Assembly: GCA_051362555.1 (NCBI GenBank)
Contig: CM120648.1
Location: 4,646,587 to 4,710,586, forward strand
Length of the DNA: 64,000 nucleotides
Direction: 5' to 3'
Source: Lingula anatina
Lineage: Eukaryota > Animalia > Brachiopoda
Positions within the stretch are counted from its first letter, which is position 1. Every line of letters starts with the position of its first letter. The position numbers and the translations under genes are program-made. Below the pieces are notes generated by a model that was not told the origin of the DNA, made no database searches, and worked only from the letters and a program-made list of their open reading frames with translations. Below are positions 25,197 to 38,590 of the stretch, in pieces.

Positions 25197-27710
25197 TTGT
25201 AAACATCGGGGGGATCCATCATTCCAATGTCCACCAGGTAGGCGCCAAATCGGAAGGTGCCGGCATAAATGAAGAAAATTATGCCTTGGGAGAAACCATA
25301 TGCTATGCCATAGAATTGGGCCTGTTTCAGGTTTTCTCTGGAAATTGACAAATGCAGGATTATGATTAACATGAATATGCACGAAGTTGACTTTTGGTCA
25401 ACTGAAGGAAATTTAACTATGGCGTTCGTTAAACATTTGCACTTGGCGCACATTAGCAAAAGTCATTTTTTCTCCCATTTACACTCCAATTCTCGCATTA
25501 AATAGAACGCAAAAGAAGGTTTAAGGATACGTCTAAGACTTCTTTAATTGAACGTAATCAGAGTTTCAGATGTTAAATTGCAAACGTTGTACTTTTTACC
25601 TGAACGGCTGAAGTAGTTTATTACAATAACCATCATAAAACGTGGGTTCCCGCGTGAGAGACTGAACTGTGCGGATGTTTTCTATGGCCTCGCTGGCAGT
25701 CTGAAATACACACGATTCCAATTTACAGTAGTGAAGAAAAAGCATCTTGCGCCATACATAAGCTCTCCTATAATATCCTCCACCAGGGCCACAGATTTAC
25801 TTTTCACAGGACATTCACAGATATGTCTTTAGACAAACAGACGGTCATTTTACTGTTGTCCCCATTTTTCCCTGAATAATTTGCCACCCTGGTAGAAAGT
25901 AGTGCTATAATGCTGTAGTATTCAACTCCTGCCACGTAACCACATACCATTTCTATGCGAAAGATAAAATTTATTTTAGGTTTGTTCTGTAGTTTAGGTG
26001 TATAGTAAACTTAAGTTTTCGCTTCTTTCCTTCGCAGATGCTAGCGTTTCCAGCTAAATCTTTCCACTGTTCACCTTTGCCCAAATATACAAACGCAACA
26101 CATCGTTTGAACGTCGTACATCCTACGGTCCTTTTAAAGAATTTCATGACCTTAAACTTCTCTAAAAATCAACTTCATGTTTTAAGATACTTTTCCAGAC
26201 CGGTTGGTCTTACCTTTCCTGCTTGTTCCAGGGCTTCGTTGTCCTTCTTGTCTCTCCCACTAATTGCCTTCATATTCAGGGCACCTGTATATGAGAATAT
26301 CTAATGCATAATTGTAAAAGAGTAACGCAAAATTCAGTTGTAAAATTCACTTTAGCAAGCCACGACAGATTGCTGCAAGTTACGATTGATTACAGATTTT
26401 CAGAAAACCTGTAATATATTAAAAAATTTAATATTAGAAAGTGATTGTGGGGCCGGAGTAAGGTTGCTATAGTCGATTAAAAAATGCAAGTACCATGGTC
26501 GCAAACTGTATTTCATAATGCGGTATTACAATCATCCCATGTTTAAAATAATGATGAGCTCCTCTTCAAAAAAAAAAAAAAAAAAAAAAAAGAAAAATTC
26601 ATTTGGTACCTTATCTAGGGAAGGTTCGACTGAACCCACCTCTCAATTCCTATATATAATCATATTTATCACGCACCTGCAACTGCCATGAGGGGTACGG
26701 TCCCGAGAACCAGAAGCGCCAACGCCCAGCCGTAAATGAAAGCGATGGTCAGTCCCCCAATCATACTCACGGCAGACTGGACGATGATACCGAGCCGGAC
26801 ACCAGTGCCCTAGATAAACAGAAATATGAAAACTTGTAAATTAAGAAGATAAATGTACGCCCATTAACCCTGGTGACGGGGTGTGTGGTAGTTCTATCAA
26901 TAAAAATCTGGTGGTGTCATTTGGTTAGTGCACTTTATGGAAAAAAAGAAAAAAAAACAAAAAAACACTCGCTTAAACCAATGCTACCAACTTAACTACA
27001 CTGGCTCTTTTGTCACTGAATAGAATCTATACAATCTAATAAGAAAAAAAACTTACAGTTTTGACCAGGGAGGCGTCCGTAGCCAGTCTCGTGGTCAACG
27101 CTCCCGTCGCCTGCCTAGGGTCGTCAAACCAAGCGATGTCCTGCCGTAAGATGTTGTCAAACGTCTTAAGTCTTAGCCGCTTGGTCAATTTTTCTCCCGA
27201 AACCCCGAATGAGTAGGACTAAAAGATATTTGGAATAGACTTTGTTTTACTGAAGGTAACACTAAAAGGGTTTTACTTGTCACTTCTTTTAAAATTTATT
27301 TCCTGTCATAACCAGCTTGAAAAATCTTATTTCTTTCTTTTATTCATGAAACTTAGCGCTGAGATTTTCATTTGATTATCAATGAAGCTGCCAAAGAATG
27401 AGTGGAAAATAACTCACGTTGACCAGGACTCCTATAAAGCTGACTCCTCCTAGAGCTAAAAACATCATACTCCAGAATGTAGATTCTCGTAAGAGTGTCT
27501 CGCCTGTTTTTGTGTAGGCCTGAGGTATAACATGATTCATTACATGAGATTAATTTTAATAACTAAAATATATTAAAGAAAGGGAAACTGATAGATATTT
27601 TATTACTAAAATTGCAACTCCACAAATTATCTTCACACTAAGCAGAATAAAAGACGACAAAGGAGACTGGGATAAAATTCAGCTTAAGATATATACGGTC
27701 TGCCCCCTCC

Positions 27711-27790
<80 letters not shown>

Positions 27791-30700
27791 TAGGGTGCTT
27801 GCGTGCGTCCGTGCATTTCTTCTGTTTGCTGACCCCTCCTTTCGGACTTTCTACACCTCACTTACAGCTATCAGTTCTCCATAGAAGAAAGCAAAAGCCG
27901 GCATCACGCCGCCCACCAGCGCCCCACCAATACAGCCCGTCACGATGTGGCAAGCTTCCGGCTTGTTGAGACGAAGAATTCTGCAGAAACCCGGGAGTAC
28001 CACTTCTTCTTCCTGAAATACAAATAAATATTTTAAGATATTTTTTCTGAATTTTTTTTTTTGTTATGAACTGCAGATTGAGATTGTCAGATATCCAAAG
28101 CATTTTCTACCCTTGGCACCATCAATTTTTAAATCGCTTTATAACAATAATAATTATCCCAACCTGCGAAACATTTCTCAAGTCAGTGCTTAAACCTGAT
28201 AAAGTGCAGCTCTCATTAAAGTAAAAATAAAAATTAAAAAAGGCCATTTCTTACTTTAGCTTCTTCCTCTACAGTTTTCTTCTTTTTCACCGATGTTTGT
28301 CGCAGTACGCCTGGCGTCTGTTTAGAGTGGCTTCTGTGAAGCGACTTAGACCTCATCAATCCCGGCGTCCTTGGGCGCTCACCTTAAAGATGTAGATAAA
28401 ATAATTATTCATAGTAATTTAACGCTTAAAGATACTCAAGGTGGACAAAGCTTGCGTCTGATCTCACATAGATGGGGAAAATTAATCCGTGGAATTTATT
28501 AATAAGTCATATAAACAATCTTGGATCTTAAACACGAAAATTGGACTGAAGAATAAAAGTGGATCACATTAAAAAAAGTTTTAAGTGTCCCCACTAAATA
28601 TTTTCAATCGTTCTTAAAATACTTTTTTCTCGGTCCATCAGTCACAATGGTATAAAACAACAGATAGATTCAAAAATAAAATAAATTAAACCAGCAGAAC
28701 TGTCAGTTTTAAATAATTCACTGTGTACCTGAGCCCTAACCTGCCATCGTTTCGAAATACATCGTTTCTAAATATCTAAATGTTATTTCGATTCATCGAG
28801 CATTACTCACACACTGGGGGTATAAACCGGTAAATAGTGACAGATAGTCTCCCATGATAGAGAGTCCACTTCTCATTCATTTGTACAGGTGAGCCGCGCT
28901 CTAGATTTTGACCCACTTAGGTCAGGCTAACCCTAACCATTATAACTAAATGGAGGGCAGACTTTCTGTTACACGGACCCCCCCCCCCCATTTCGTTACA
29001 CCGGTACCATATCTACCTGAGCGTCCAGCGCCCCATGCCCAGTGTCCAGCATTCAGACGAACTTACCTTCCTTAACGCCCCCTTCCTCTCCACCATCCTC
29101 CTCCTTATCACTCTCCTCATCCCCACGGGTCAGCTTCTGCAGAGTGACCAGTTGGTAGTAGAGTCCCTCCTTGTTCATCAGCTCCCTGTGTCCACCCTGC
29201 TCCATAACCTGGCCTTCCTGGACCACGCAGATCTGGTCAGCAGACTGGATGGTGGACAGCCTGTGGGCGATAACCACGGTGGTGCGCCCTTCCCTTGCCT
29301 GAAGTGACCGGAGGGACGGGGATTTAAATACAAATGTATGAGAGGATATGATCGTAATACATATCATATTCTGATCTGAGAAAAAATCGCCACTTTAGAT
29401 GAAATTAAAAGGGACCATTCCCTTAATCGTATCGTACAAGCAGGATCTATCTACGGATTCTCGCTAAGTGGCATTCAGTTTAAAGAGTGCACGAAAGTTA
29501 ATTACCCCCTAGCAGCTTCAGGGGGCGTGGCAGACATTCAAGCCCCTTAAACTGAATGCAATTTAGCGAGAATCCACTTAGATTTAGATCGATCTTGATA
29601 GTACGATAGGGTTATGGGAACCCAGTCATAAACAGTCAGGCAGTCAGACAGATTGACTGAAATATGCACGGATTGACAAAGCTACATGGATAGTTAGCTA
29701 GCTAGAAAGATGTCATTGAAAAAATAATAAAATGGTCGATAAATGGGTAATTGGAATTTGGTAAAATAATCAGTGAATGAATGAAGCAAAAGTGATAGGA
29801 AATAGATGAGAAAAGCAGCAACGTATACAACAAACTATATTCTGTTAGCGAACTGAAGCAGAGTGGCGCAGTGGAAGTGTGCGGGGCCCATAACCCCGAG
29901 GTCCTAGGATCGAAACCTATCTCTGCTACAAACAGGTTCTTTTCGTAACATAGTGCACTGAACCTTAGATAGTTCACCTTTTCTCAAAGCGAAATTTATT
30001 ACACATTGTGTTGGTTCTGTTTTTTTTTTAAATCCAAAGAATAATAATCTCTTGGTGCGTTTACAATTGTATGTGATTATACAAATAAATTACAAATAAA
30101 TGAAATACAAGACATCAATGCAAGTCGCTGTATAGAGAACCAAAATGATTGATTTCGATATCCGTATGAATATCAACTCGATTTCCGAAAAGTACCTTAT
30201 CCAGAGCTGCTTGTACCACAGCCTCGCTCTCGGCATCCAATGCAGAGGTGGCTTCGTCTAAAAGCAAGATCTTGGGATCTCTGACCAGCGCTCTTGCAAT
30301 CGCAACGCGCTGTTTCTGTCCTCCTGAGAGTTGAATTCCTCGCTCACCGACCAGTGTGTCATAACCCTACGAAAAGAAGGATTTCGCATGAATTCGTATA
30401 TTTTCAAATTGACAAAACATTCCCATACCTTCAAGATTAATTTTATAACAGATATAATCAAAGAATGCACAATATACAAACAGTTGCACAAAAAGCACGT
30501 CTATTTGTTATATAAAACAAGCAATCATCGAGGACAATATTACAGCTGATTTTTCTTCTCGGTTTAAGAAAAACGAGGGGTACATCTTCCCTCTAAGTTA
30601 GATTTTGGTAACTGCTGCTAAGAGATAAATTACATCTGGCAGTCTGTTGATGAAGTCATGTGCATTAGCGTCTTTGGCAGCTCGGATGATCTCTTCATAC

Positions 30701-31376
30701 GTGACGTCAAGGCGGCCGTAGCGTATGTTGTCAATGATGCTACAACCAAACAGTATTGGCTCTTGGGACACTACACCTATATTCTGGCGAAGCCATCTCG
30801 TGTTCACATTTTTAAGATCGTTGCCGTCCAGAAGAATCTGGAAGTGAAGCAATGTATAATCTTGGATGAACGTTTAACCAGGCTTGGCTGGGGCTGGTTC
30901 TTTTCCCCCAGTAGGCCGATAAGACAGACATCTTTTCTAATTTTGAATCTTTAAACATGATTGTGGTGGCTGTTTGTATTTATTTAAAGAAAAAAAGTGA
31001 TTTATTTTATTGGAAAGGTAATTGAATAAATACACCAATAATTATGTTTCCTAATAAAAATCGTCAATCTCTCAAAGTGAACCGGTACAGCCGGTATGGC
31101 TTAAGTATACCGCTCGAAATGAAAAACGACTTATATCGATATTCACCCTGCCTTCTTCCGGATCGTAAAATCTCTGGATGAGGTTGACTGCCGTGGACTT
31201 GCCACACCCGGAGGACCCAACCAAGGCCACCGTCCTACCGCTTGGCACAGTGAAAGATAAGCCCTTCAGGATCTAAAAAATGAAAAAATTTGGAAAATCA
31301 ATCAAAAATTTTTGAGAGAAATGACAATCTACAAAAGACACACAAAAAAAAAAAATTATACATATATACAAACAGA

Positions 31377-31436
<60 letters not shown>

Positions 31437-31541
31437 ATAAAATCAAGTTGCATTAATTTATCATTTCTGAAAACCAAGTTAAATTTTTTTTTATTATAAA
31501 ACGTGAACAAATCAGACAGCTTTACATAAATAATTGCGTAA

Positions 31542-31587
<46 letters not shown>

Positions 31588-32472
31588 TGAAAAACACGTA
31601 ACGAAAAGATGTTCACGCGATCACAAACGCCAAGGCACGTAAATAATCACGTAAAGAAAAGACGTGTGAACTCAGGTGGTCACAAACGCCCAGGCACGCC
31701 AATACGCTCACGCGCGCTAAATGCTTACCGAATTTATGTATGTAGTGTCCTACCTTTACGTCCGGCCTACTAGGATAGGCAAACTTTACGTCACAAAACT
31801 CAATGTTTCCTTTGACGTCAGGTATTTTTATTCCGTCATTGGAACTTGCATCTATGATAGGGATCTGGAATTGGGCATACACTTTTTATAAATTAATTTT
31901 CTTTCTTTTTTTTTCAAGCTTGAAATTTATCTGGTATCAGGTGAACATTAAGAATTTTGATTCCCATGTGACAAACTTAAGAGATTTAGAATGTCGTAAT
32001 TTGAATGATGTACATCAGTTAGCTGAAAAAGCGAGATTATAATATACACGTAATCACGTTGAAAATGTTCTTTTTTAACAAAATGTTTTCTCGCTATCAG
32101 CAGAAAAAGCATACCATTTCACAGTTCACCGTAGATATTTTGTGTATTGTTATTGCCAATATCAGTTTAGATATATTTTATTAATTATTTCATGCCTTTT
32201 TTATCAAACTATTAATAAAAAGACCTACGTTGTCAATCACTTTGTAGAGAGTGGCTGCGGCGCCTTTTGCCGTGGCTACACTGGCGAGGTGGGGGGCCGC
32301 GTTCCCTATGGAAAATGAGCCAATCATGATGCAGAAAAATACCTGAGGATAAAGAAATGAATTCAAGTGTTATCATTCCTATTTTAGTCATGAATACAGA
32401 ATATGAAGATGGGGGAGAAAAAGGCAACCCCTTACCATCAGAGCGATCCCCTTTCAATATGTCGTGGAACAA

Positions 32473-32510
<38 letters not shown>

Positions 32511-33378
32511 TGTCTCTGGGTGTGGTTTGTAAATCTGCTTGGGTGTGTTTCACTGTTGGTGTATATTAAAGTGTATTTACATGCATGTGCGTGGGTGCAC
32601 GTGTGTCAATAAAAAACTATAGCATGAACGCCACCTACCGTTAAAGCACTTCCTGGGCTCATCCCATCTTTTCCTAGGGTGTTGTAGAACACTTCTATTA
32701 AAGTTGCACCATACCTGAAAAACAATATTATTTGAATGATGAAGATGTCTATTGAACCATATCAAGTGGGTAAACGTTTAATGTCTGTAGACAAAAAACA
32801 ATTTGCTAAACAGTTTGCTAAACAGAAGAACTGATATCAATAGAAACTACAGTGAAACTGTGTATGTAAAGCGTTCTTTTTGACAATATCTATCGTCGGT
32901 AAAAACTAGAAAACGTGCGAGAATCCACGTGAGTTGAGGGTTAACTTTGTTGCGATAAGAGCGTGAAGCTATGCGCCAGTGTCAGCTTAGAAAGCATTTC
33001 AAAAATGTCAGGCAAAAACGGTGAGTTCGTCCTGTTGTGCAATTTACTGTAATTCAACAGGAATTAAAATAAAACAACCAGATAAACAAGCGTTGCTGCT
33101 GCATTGCATGGTACACTAGTCTGTCATAATTTTTAATCACATAAACCTCCAAATTGCGCAGAATCTCGCTTGGTGTTATAATAAGTCTTTAAGATATTTT
33201 GGGCGATTCCCATTAAAGATTACTCACCAGAAAGCCAGAGCGTATGCTCCGTAGAGAATAAGAAATGTTAACCCCATGCCAAGACCTGTGACCACTGACT
33301 TCTTTACTCCAAGTTTGCTACTGGTCTCCAGTTCTTTATTATACCTAAATGATATATAAATCAGCAATCGGGAATAAA

Positions 33379-33432
<54 letters not shown>

Positions 33433-34297
33433 TAGACATGCATTAAAACAAGTATATTACGTATTTAGCACAAAAAGTTTGTACTTAATACTCTCTATTT
33501 TCCACGGTGAAAATACATCCGATTTTACAGTCAAAGATCAAGTGAACGTTGTAGCAAATATCGTACCTACGAATTTCCTTCTTCTGTCCCCTGAAGGAGA
33601 CTACGGTACGTATAGAGGACAGGACTTCCTCTGCCACGCTACCCGCTGCTGCGTATGCTTGTTGTTCTCGGGTACTGTATGAGGCAATCACCTGAAAGGG
33701 GGGGGGGGGGGGAGGGGGGCATCATATAAAAAAGCTTGTTAAATCAATACCTTGGATAAACAGACAATACACAAGACGACCATATCAAACCACTTTTAAA
33801 AAGAAACAATTATAAGACTAACCCGAGCACTTACTAAAATGCCCATATGATAAATATTTTTGTGTTTTACTTTTAGTATCTGATCCAAAAAAATTTATAT
33901 ACCTTCGACATGAAAGCCGAGGCCACCGCCAGGAGTGGAGTTAGGCTCATCATGACCAACGCCATCTTCCAGCCTTTCCAGAAGCCGAAAGCGAAACCAG
34001 CCACGAATTGCGCAAGAAACTGAATGCACTGACTGAACTTATCCCCCAAACCTTCTCTCACTCTTTCTATGTCGCTGAAAGGACGACGTGAATATTTATA
34101 GTCTTACGTCAAAAACAATACTCTAACAAAGAAAACAAAATAATGCTCGAGTACATTATAGCTACCGATTCATGAAATTAATGGATCACAAGAGAAGCAA
34201 CACATAACCGAAAACTTTTTAACATTGATATAACGTAATACAAATATGTAGAGAGAAGCATTCAATATCTAACGTAAGAGACACGCACAGAAGTTCA

Positions 34298-34336
<39 letters not shown>

Positions 34337-35376
34337 TGTTATGTAAAGGGCTAACGCGAATCGAATGCCTTCACCCTTACTCTACGAGTCTTGTCGACAA
34401 TTCTCCACTAGGATTTTGATCAAACCAACCGATCTCCTGCCTCAAGATGCAGAAAAAGAACGTTTTCCTCAGCTTCAGGACTTGCCTCTCGCAGGCCGAC
34501 ATCCAGCAAGCGATCTGGTGTAAAAATGTAGATGTTTTATGACAAAAATAAATAAATAAATATATAAAAAATACAAACACAAATAATAACCAAAAATAAA
34601 TAAAAAGTAGGCAGACCTAAAATGCACGTATTCAAAACTGCAGCGGAATAAACGATATACAACAGGAGAATGTCACAGTAATAATGAAAAAGTTTTTTTT
34701 CGCTAGTCTTTAATGGCATGTACCTGTAATTTAAAATAAACTAATATAATGCGCTAAATAAAATTGGGTACAAATTCAGAAATGTGAAGATTGGCAGGTA
34801 TCTTAATCGGTTATTTGCTATGTCTTACCTGGATATAGGACGCAACAAAACAACCGGCTCCAATGTAAACGTATTGTAATGTAAATTTCGTCATTTCTTC
34901 GTTGAAGGCTCCTGATGCTGAAATTGGGTTTATCTGTTTCTTAATAATTATTATACCCTGTTACTAGACTCGTGAATATTAAGTTATCGTTAAAGATGGG
35001 TTGCGCGTTAAGCGCGTTATTCAATGTATGTACCAAAAAAGATTAAAAAAAAGGTGACATGGTTATTTCGAATTCGGTGTAAGAAGTATAACTGACATCA
35101 GTTAGTACACATAAAACAATACTACTTAAAATATTAATCAGTATTCTCAATTTCTACTAGAATTTTAATAAGGTTCGTAGTGAATGGAAATACATGTCTG
35201 TGCACCCAACGCATTTATAATTACAGGTACTTTTCGTGCACTTGGTGCTTTTACATGTATTTATTATACATTAATTACATATGTATATATATCTTACATA
35301 AATTTCTACAAACAAAATACAACATTTGCCTATTCAATAGAGTCTAATCTACGGTTCCCCAATACTTTGTAAGTTG

Positions 35377-35438
<62 letters not shown>

Positions 35439-36492
35439 GCTATTCATAATAAATGTATCTGTCATATCTCCAAACACTACCATCAACATCGGGAAGGCGG
35501 CTCCGTGAGCAATGGCGAACAACGTACCGACCAGTATCAGAAGCACGTCGAATTTCGTTGCATAGCGGAACTGAAACGATACCACGAGATGTGAAGTAAG
35601 TACAATAGGTCGATATATTCATAAGGCGCTGTTTATAGCGGAACAATATAGGTCCACCACACTGATGGACAACAACCCACACAAAAGTGTCCTTTCCGTC
35701 ACATAAAAGAAAAACAGTTTATTGCATTCACTACAAACCTGATTATAATTCTACTAGAAATTGAGAATACTGATTAATCTTAGCTTTTAAGTTAAATCAT
35801 ACAGGTTATTGTTTTATGTGTACTGATGTCATTTACGTCTTACATCGAAATAACACACTATCACCTTTTTTTAAATCTTTTTTTTTTTTTAGGTAAAACG
35901 TGTTATTATGACAACAAACGAATGACAGAATGTGAGGAAGAGTGAAAAACGAAGCTTATCGTAATCCAGCGTGAATATTCATCGTCTATCTATATACATT
36001 GCCTTTGAAAACGGCACTCACCAATTTTCCGAAAGACGCCGGTTTGAGTTTTTCTTTTTCTTTCTCTTTTCTGTTAATAGAAAACGTAAATATTGTTTTA
36101 GTGTCTAAACACAGATGACATGACAAATTGTGTTTTCTGGTAGTAAAACGACAGTTAAATTATCATATCAAAATTGATGGAATATCAAGAAAAATCTTAC
36201 GTAGCAACAAGTAATGAAGACGAAGAAAGAATAAATGAATGAAATCAAACAGATAATTAAAACCAAACAAGACAAAAAAGTTAAAAAAGAATAAACACGA
36301 GGAAATAAGCAAAAAAGAAAGAGAAGACATCATTATGGAAGGAAAGAAGGAATCTCTTTACCCTTCAATGGACACATCAGACGAGGACCCGCTGGATTCG
36401 TGTGTGGAGGACCCGTACGACTTCTTGACGACAGGCTCAACTCCCTCGTCCTCCGCCAGGAGGCGCTGCTTCTCTTCTACCGTCGGCGCCAT
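25197..36492 (-). CDS. ABCB1: ABCB1/P-glycoprotein-like transporter, 23 coding exons, ~990 aa, ending after TM11. Exons: 36362-36492, 36022-36070, 35438-35570, 34829-34917, 34381-34514, 33903-34074, 33567-33691, 33228-33344, 32639-32714, 32229-32342, 31754-31864, 31147-31272, 30634-30837, 30196-30366, 29067-29298, 28255-28382, 27866-28012, 27418-27519, 27057-27218, 26677-26809, 26214-26284, 25600-25700, 25197-25337
   Basis: [30 protein letters not shown], Walker [11 protein letters not shown]-loop VSQEP, signature [15 protein letters not shown], Walker [13 protein letters not shown]-loop IAHRLSTI. Second TMD has [29 protein letters not shown] and FRFGAYLV. All junctions are GT-AG and phase-consistent. 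Confidence 0.95.
29411..29627. mobile_element. Palindromic MITE family, copy B (ABCB intron)
   Basis: GGGACCATTCCC...ATGGGAACCCAGTC ends; internal arms GGATTCTCGCTAA / TTAGCGAGAATCC. Confidence 0.75.
29857..29928 (+). tRNA. Initiator tRNA-Met (CAT), intronic and antisense to ABCB
   Basis: 72 nt: AGCAGAGTGGCGCAGTGGAAGTGTGCGGGGCCCATAACCCCGAGGTCCTAGGATCGAAACCTATCTCTGCTA. A1:U72 acceptor pair, three G-C pairs next to the anticodon loop and an AUCG T-loop are eukaryotic initiator hallmarks. One C:U mismatch in the T stem; TTTT at 29940-29943. Confidence 0.9.
35035..35885. repeat. Inverted repeat pair (~35035-35192 and ~35718-35885) flanking ABCB coding exon 3
   Basis: ATTAATCAGTATTCTCAATTTCTACTAGAATT versus AATTCTACTAGAAATTGAGAATACTGATTAAT, and GTACACATAAAACAATA versus TATTGTTTTATGTGTAC. 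Confidence 0.85.
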
Positions 36493-37546
36493 TTCTGAAA
36501 TGTTTGACAAAGAGTTGGACGTGTTTTTAAGTTAAAAGTTCAATCTCTATTAGTTCAAATGCTCAACGTGATTATTCGAAATGTCATTTGACTGAAGAAG
36601 TGTTATATTTATCAATCTGGATAATGTGCATAAAACAAAAAACCTGAGAATAGCTTTGGGATGGAAACCGATCGACTCAAATGCAATTAGCACAAAGACA
36701 CAAAGAAGTTGTGCAAGGATACGTTGGATTATTAAGCCAAGAAGCCAAACTCTATTCGGTCAAATCGTTATTGTGTTAGTTCGAAATCTTATCAGACTGA
36801 AAAATGAATGTATATGCATTCCGTGCATTAACACACACACACAAACACACACACACACACACTCATGTGCAGTTACGCACACAGTCGCGAGCGCGAGCGC
36901 ACACTCCCCCCCCCCCCCCCAACACACACACACAAAGACGTGCACTGCATGTATACCCAACAGGTGCAAGATATTGGCATTCACCAATGATTCTACATAG
37001 CAGATGTAATTAGTATTTTATTTGGGAAATTACACAGCAAGTAATAAAGAGGTCATTATCTAGACCTGTTACGTGATCCATATATCTGAGATTATTACCT
37101 TTAACATATCTGCCTAACGTCACGTGACCCAAGTTATCCATTAACAAAATGTACTTAATTGTTGCCGTCTTATCAGTGACCTCTATTGGTAAGTGGGGAT
37201 GTCACCAATGATTTACTGGTAAAGATCGCGCCATGAACTAAGTACTGGTATTAGCTAGGGATATCAGCACAATGCATCCTTGTTAAAGGAAAAAAACACC
37301 ACGTTTTTTCTTCTAATAAATGGCACAAAATCAAAATGACACTAAATCAAAAACCAAAACATCGATTGAAAACGATGCACCACCACACCTATTTAGGATC
37401 ATTGTACGCCGTCAAGGAATCTGTTAAGACAATTAATATCTAATTTAGAGTAGAAATCGACAAGCCCCCACCGTATGACGTCACTCAGCACTGGTTATTA
37501 AATGAACACAGGGTTTACGAGTCTGAATGCGAGTATAGTGCAAAGC

Positions 37547-37608
<62 letters not shown>

Positions 37609-38541
37609 GTAATAACAGAATGAATAAATAAATCCTGGTACTTGTGAAAAAGATAAAGCCTGTCGCTTACATGTGTGCAGCGACACTCACTTGTCTCAGA
37701 ACGGTTTGCAATAGATGACAAAAAAACCGGCATGTTTTATGCCCCCGATTTAGGCTATATGCAGACGTACTGATCCATGCGACCTCTGTTAAGTTAGTCC
37801 CGTGTTTGAACAGATCGCTCCAGTGCTATTTTAACCCCAGTATCAGTATTTGGCTTGCTATTAAAAATATGTTGTTTTGAACGAGCCGGTTTACTATCCT
37901 AGTGCACGTTCCTAAAACACTGCAAGAAAAGTGATATTAAACAAATGACACTTACATATCTCAATCTTTGTGTCAATATTTAACTTGCCATCTAGCATCA
38001 AAAAGCGACTAAAACATCCAATGCTGTAGCTAGTAGAATAGTATAATATGTTGCTTGTCTTAGAAGGATAGCATACTGAACTGGTGTTACAAGTGCATAA
38101 TTAAAGTAGGCCAAACAAAACATTAGGCTTCTGCTTTAAAATGTTTTAAAGTTTTGCGTTAAGCAAAATGCGAAGAAAAAAGTGCAGAGGTCAAATACGC
38201 TATTATTTACTCAGACAACTGGTTTCACAGTGTCTGCATTATTGTAACGTGTTACAAAAGATACACGCGATTAAGTCTGATATGTTGACATCTCAAATGC
38301 TAGATTTAAAATATTATTATATTAATTTAGACTAAAATTAAATGTAAAGTGCACCTTGATCCACACGATAAAACACTGCAATAATAAATAAAGTTGTCCT
38401 CAGCACTACGCTGATAAAATACCGGTTTACATACCAAAATCAAATTTCCGTATTGTTTAGCAAGAAAAGAACGCATTTCTTACATTACAAACTAGGCATG
38501 TCGCTTAAAACCGTTAAATTGAGGCGTTATTCGAGTGAGTT

Positions 38542-38590
<49 letters not shown>

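Noticed and set aside
28925-28945. TAACCCTAACC telomere-like motif
   Set aside because: Fewer than two full units; more likely part of a small dispersed repeat.
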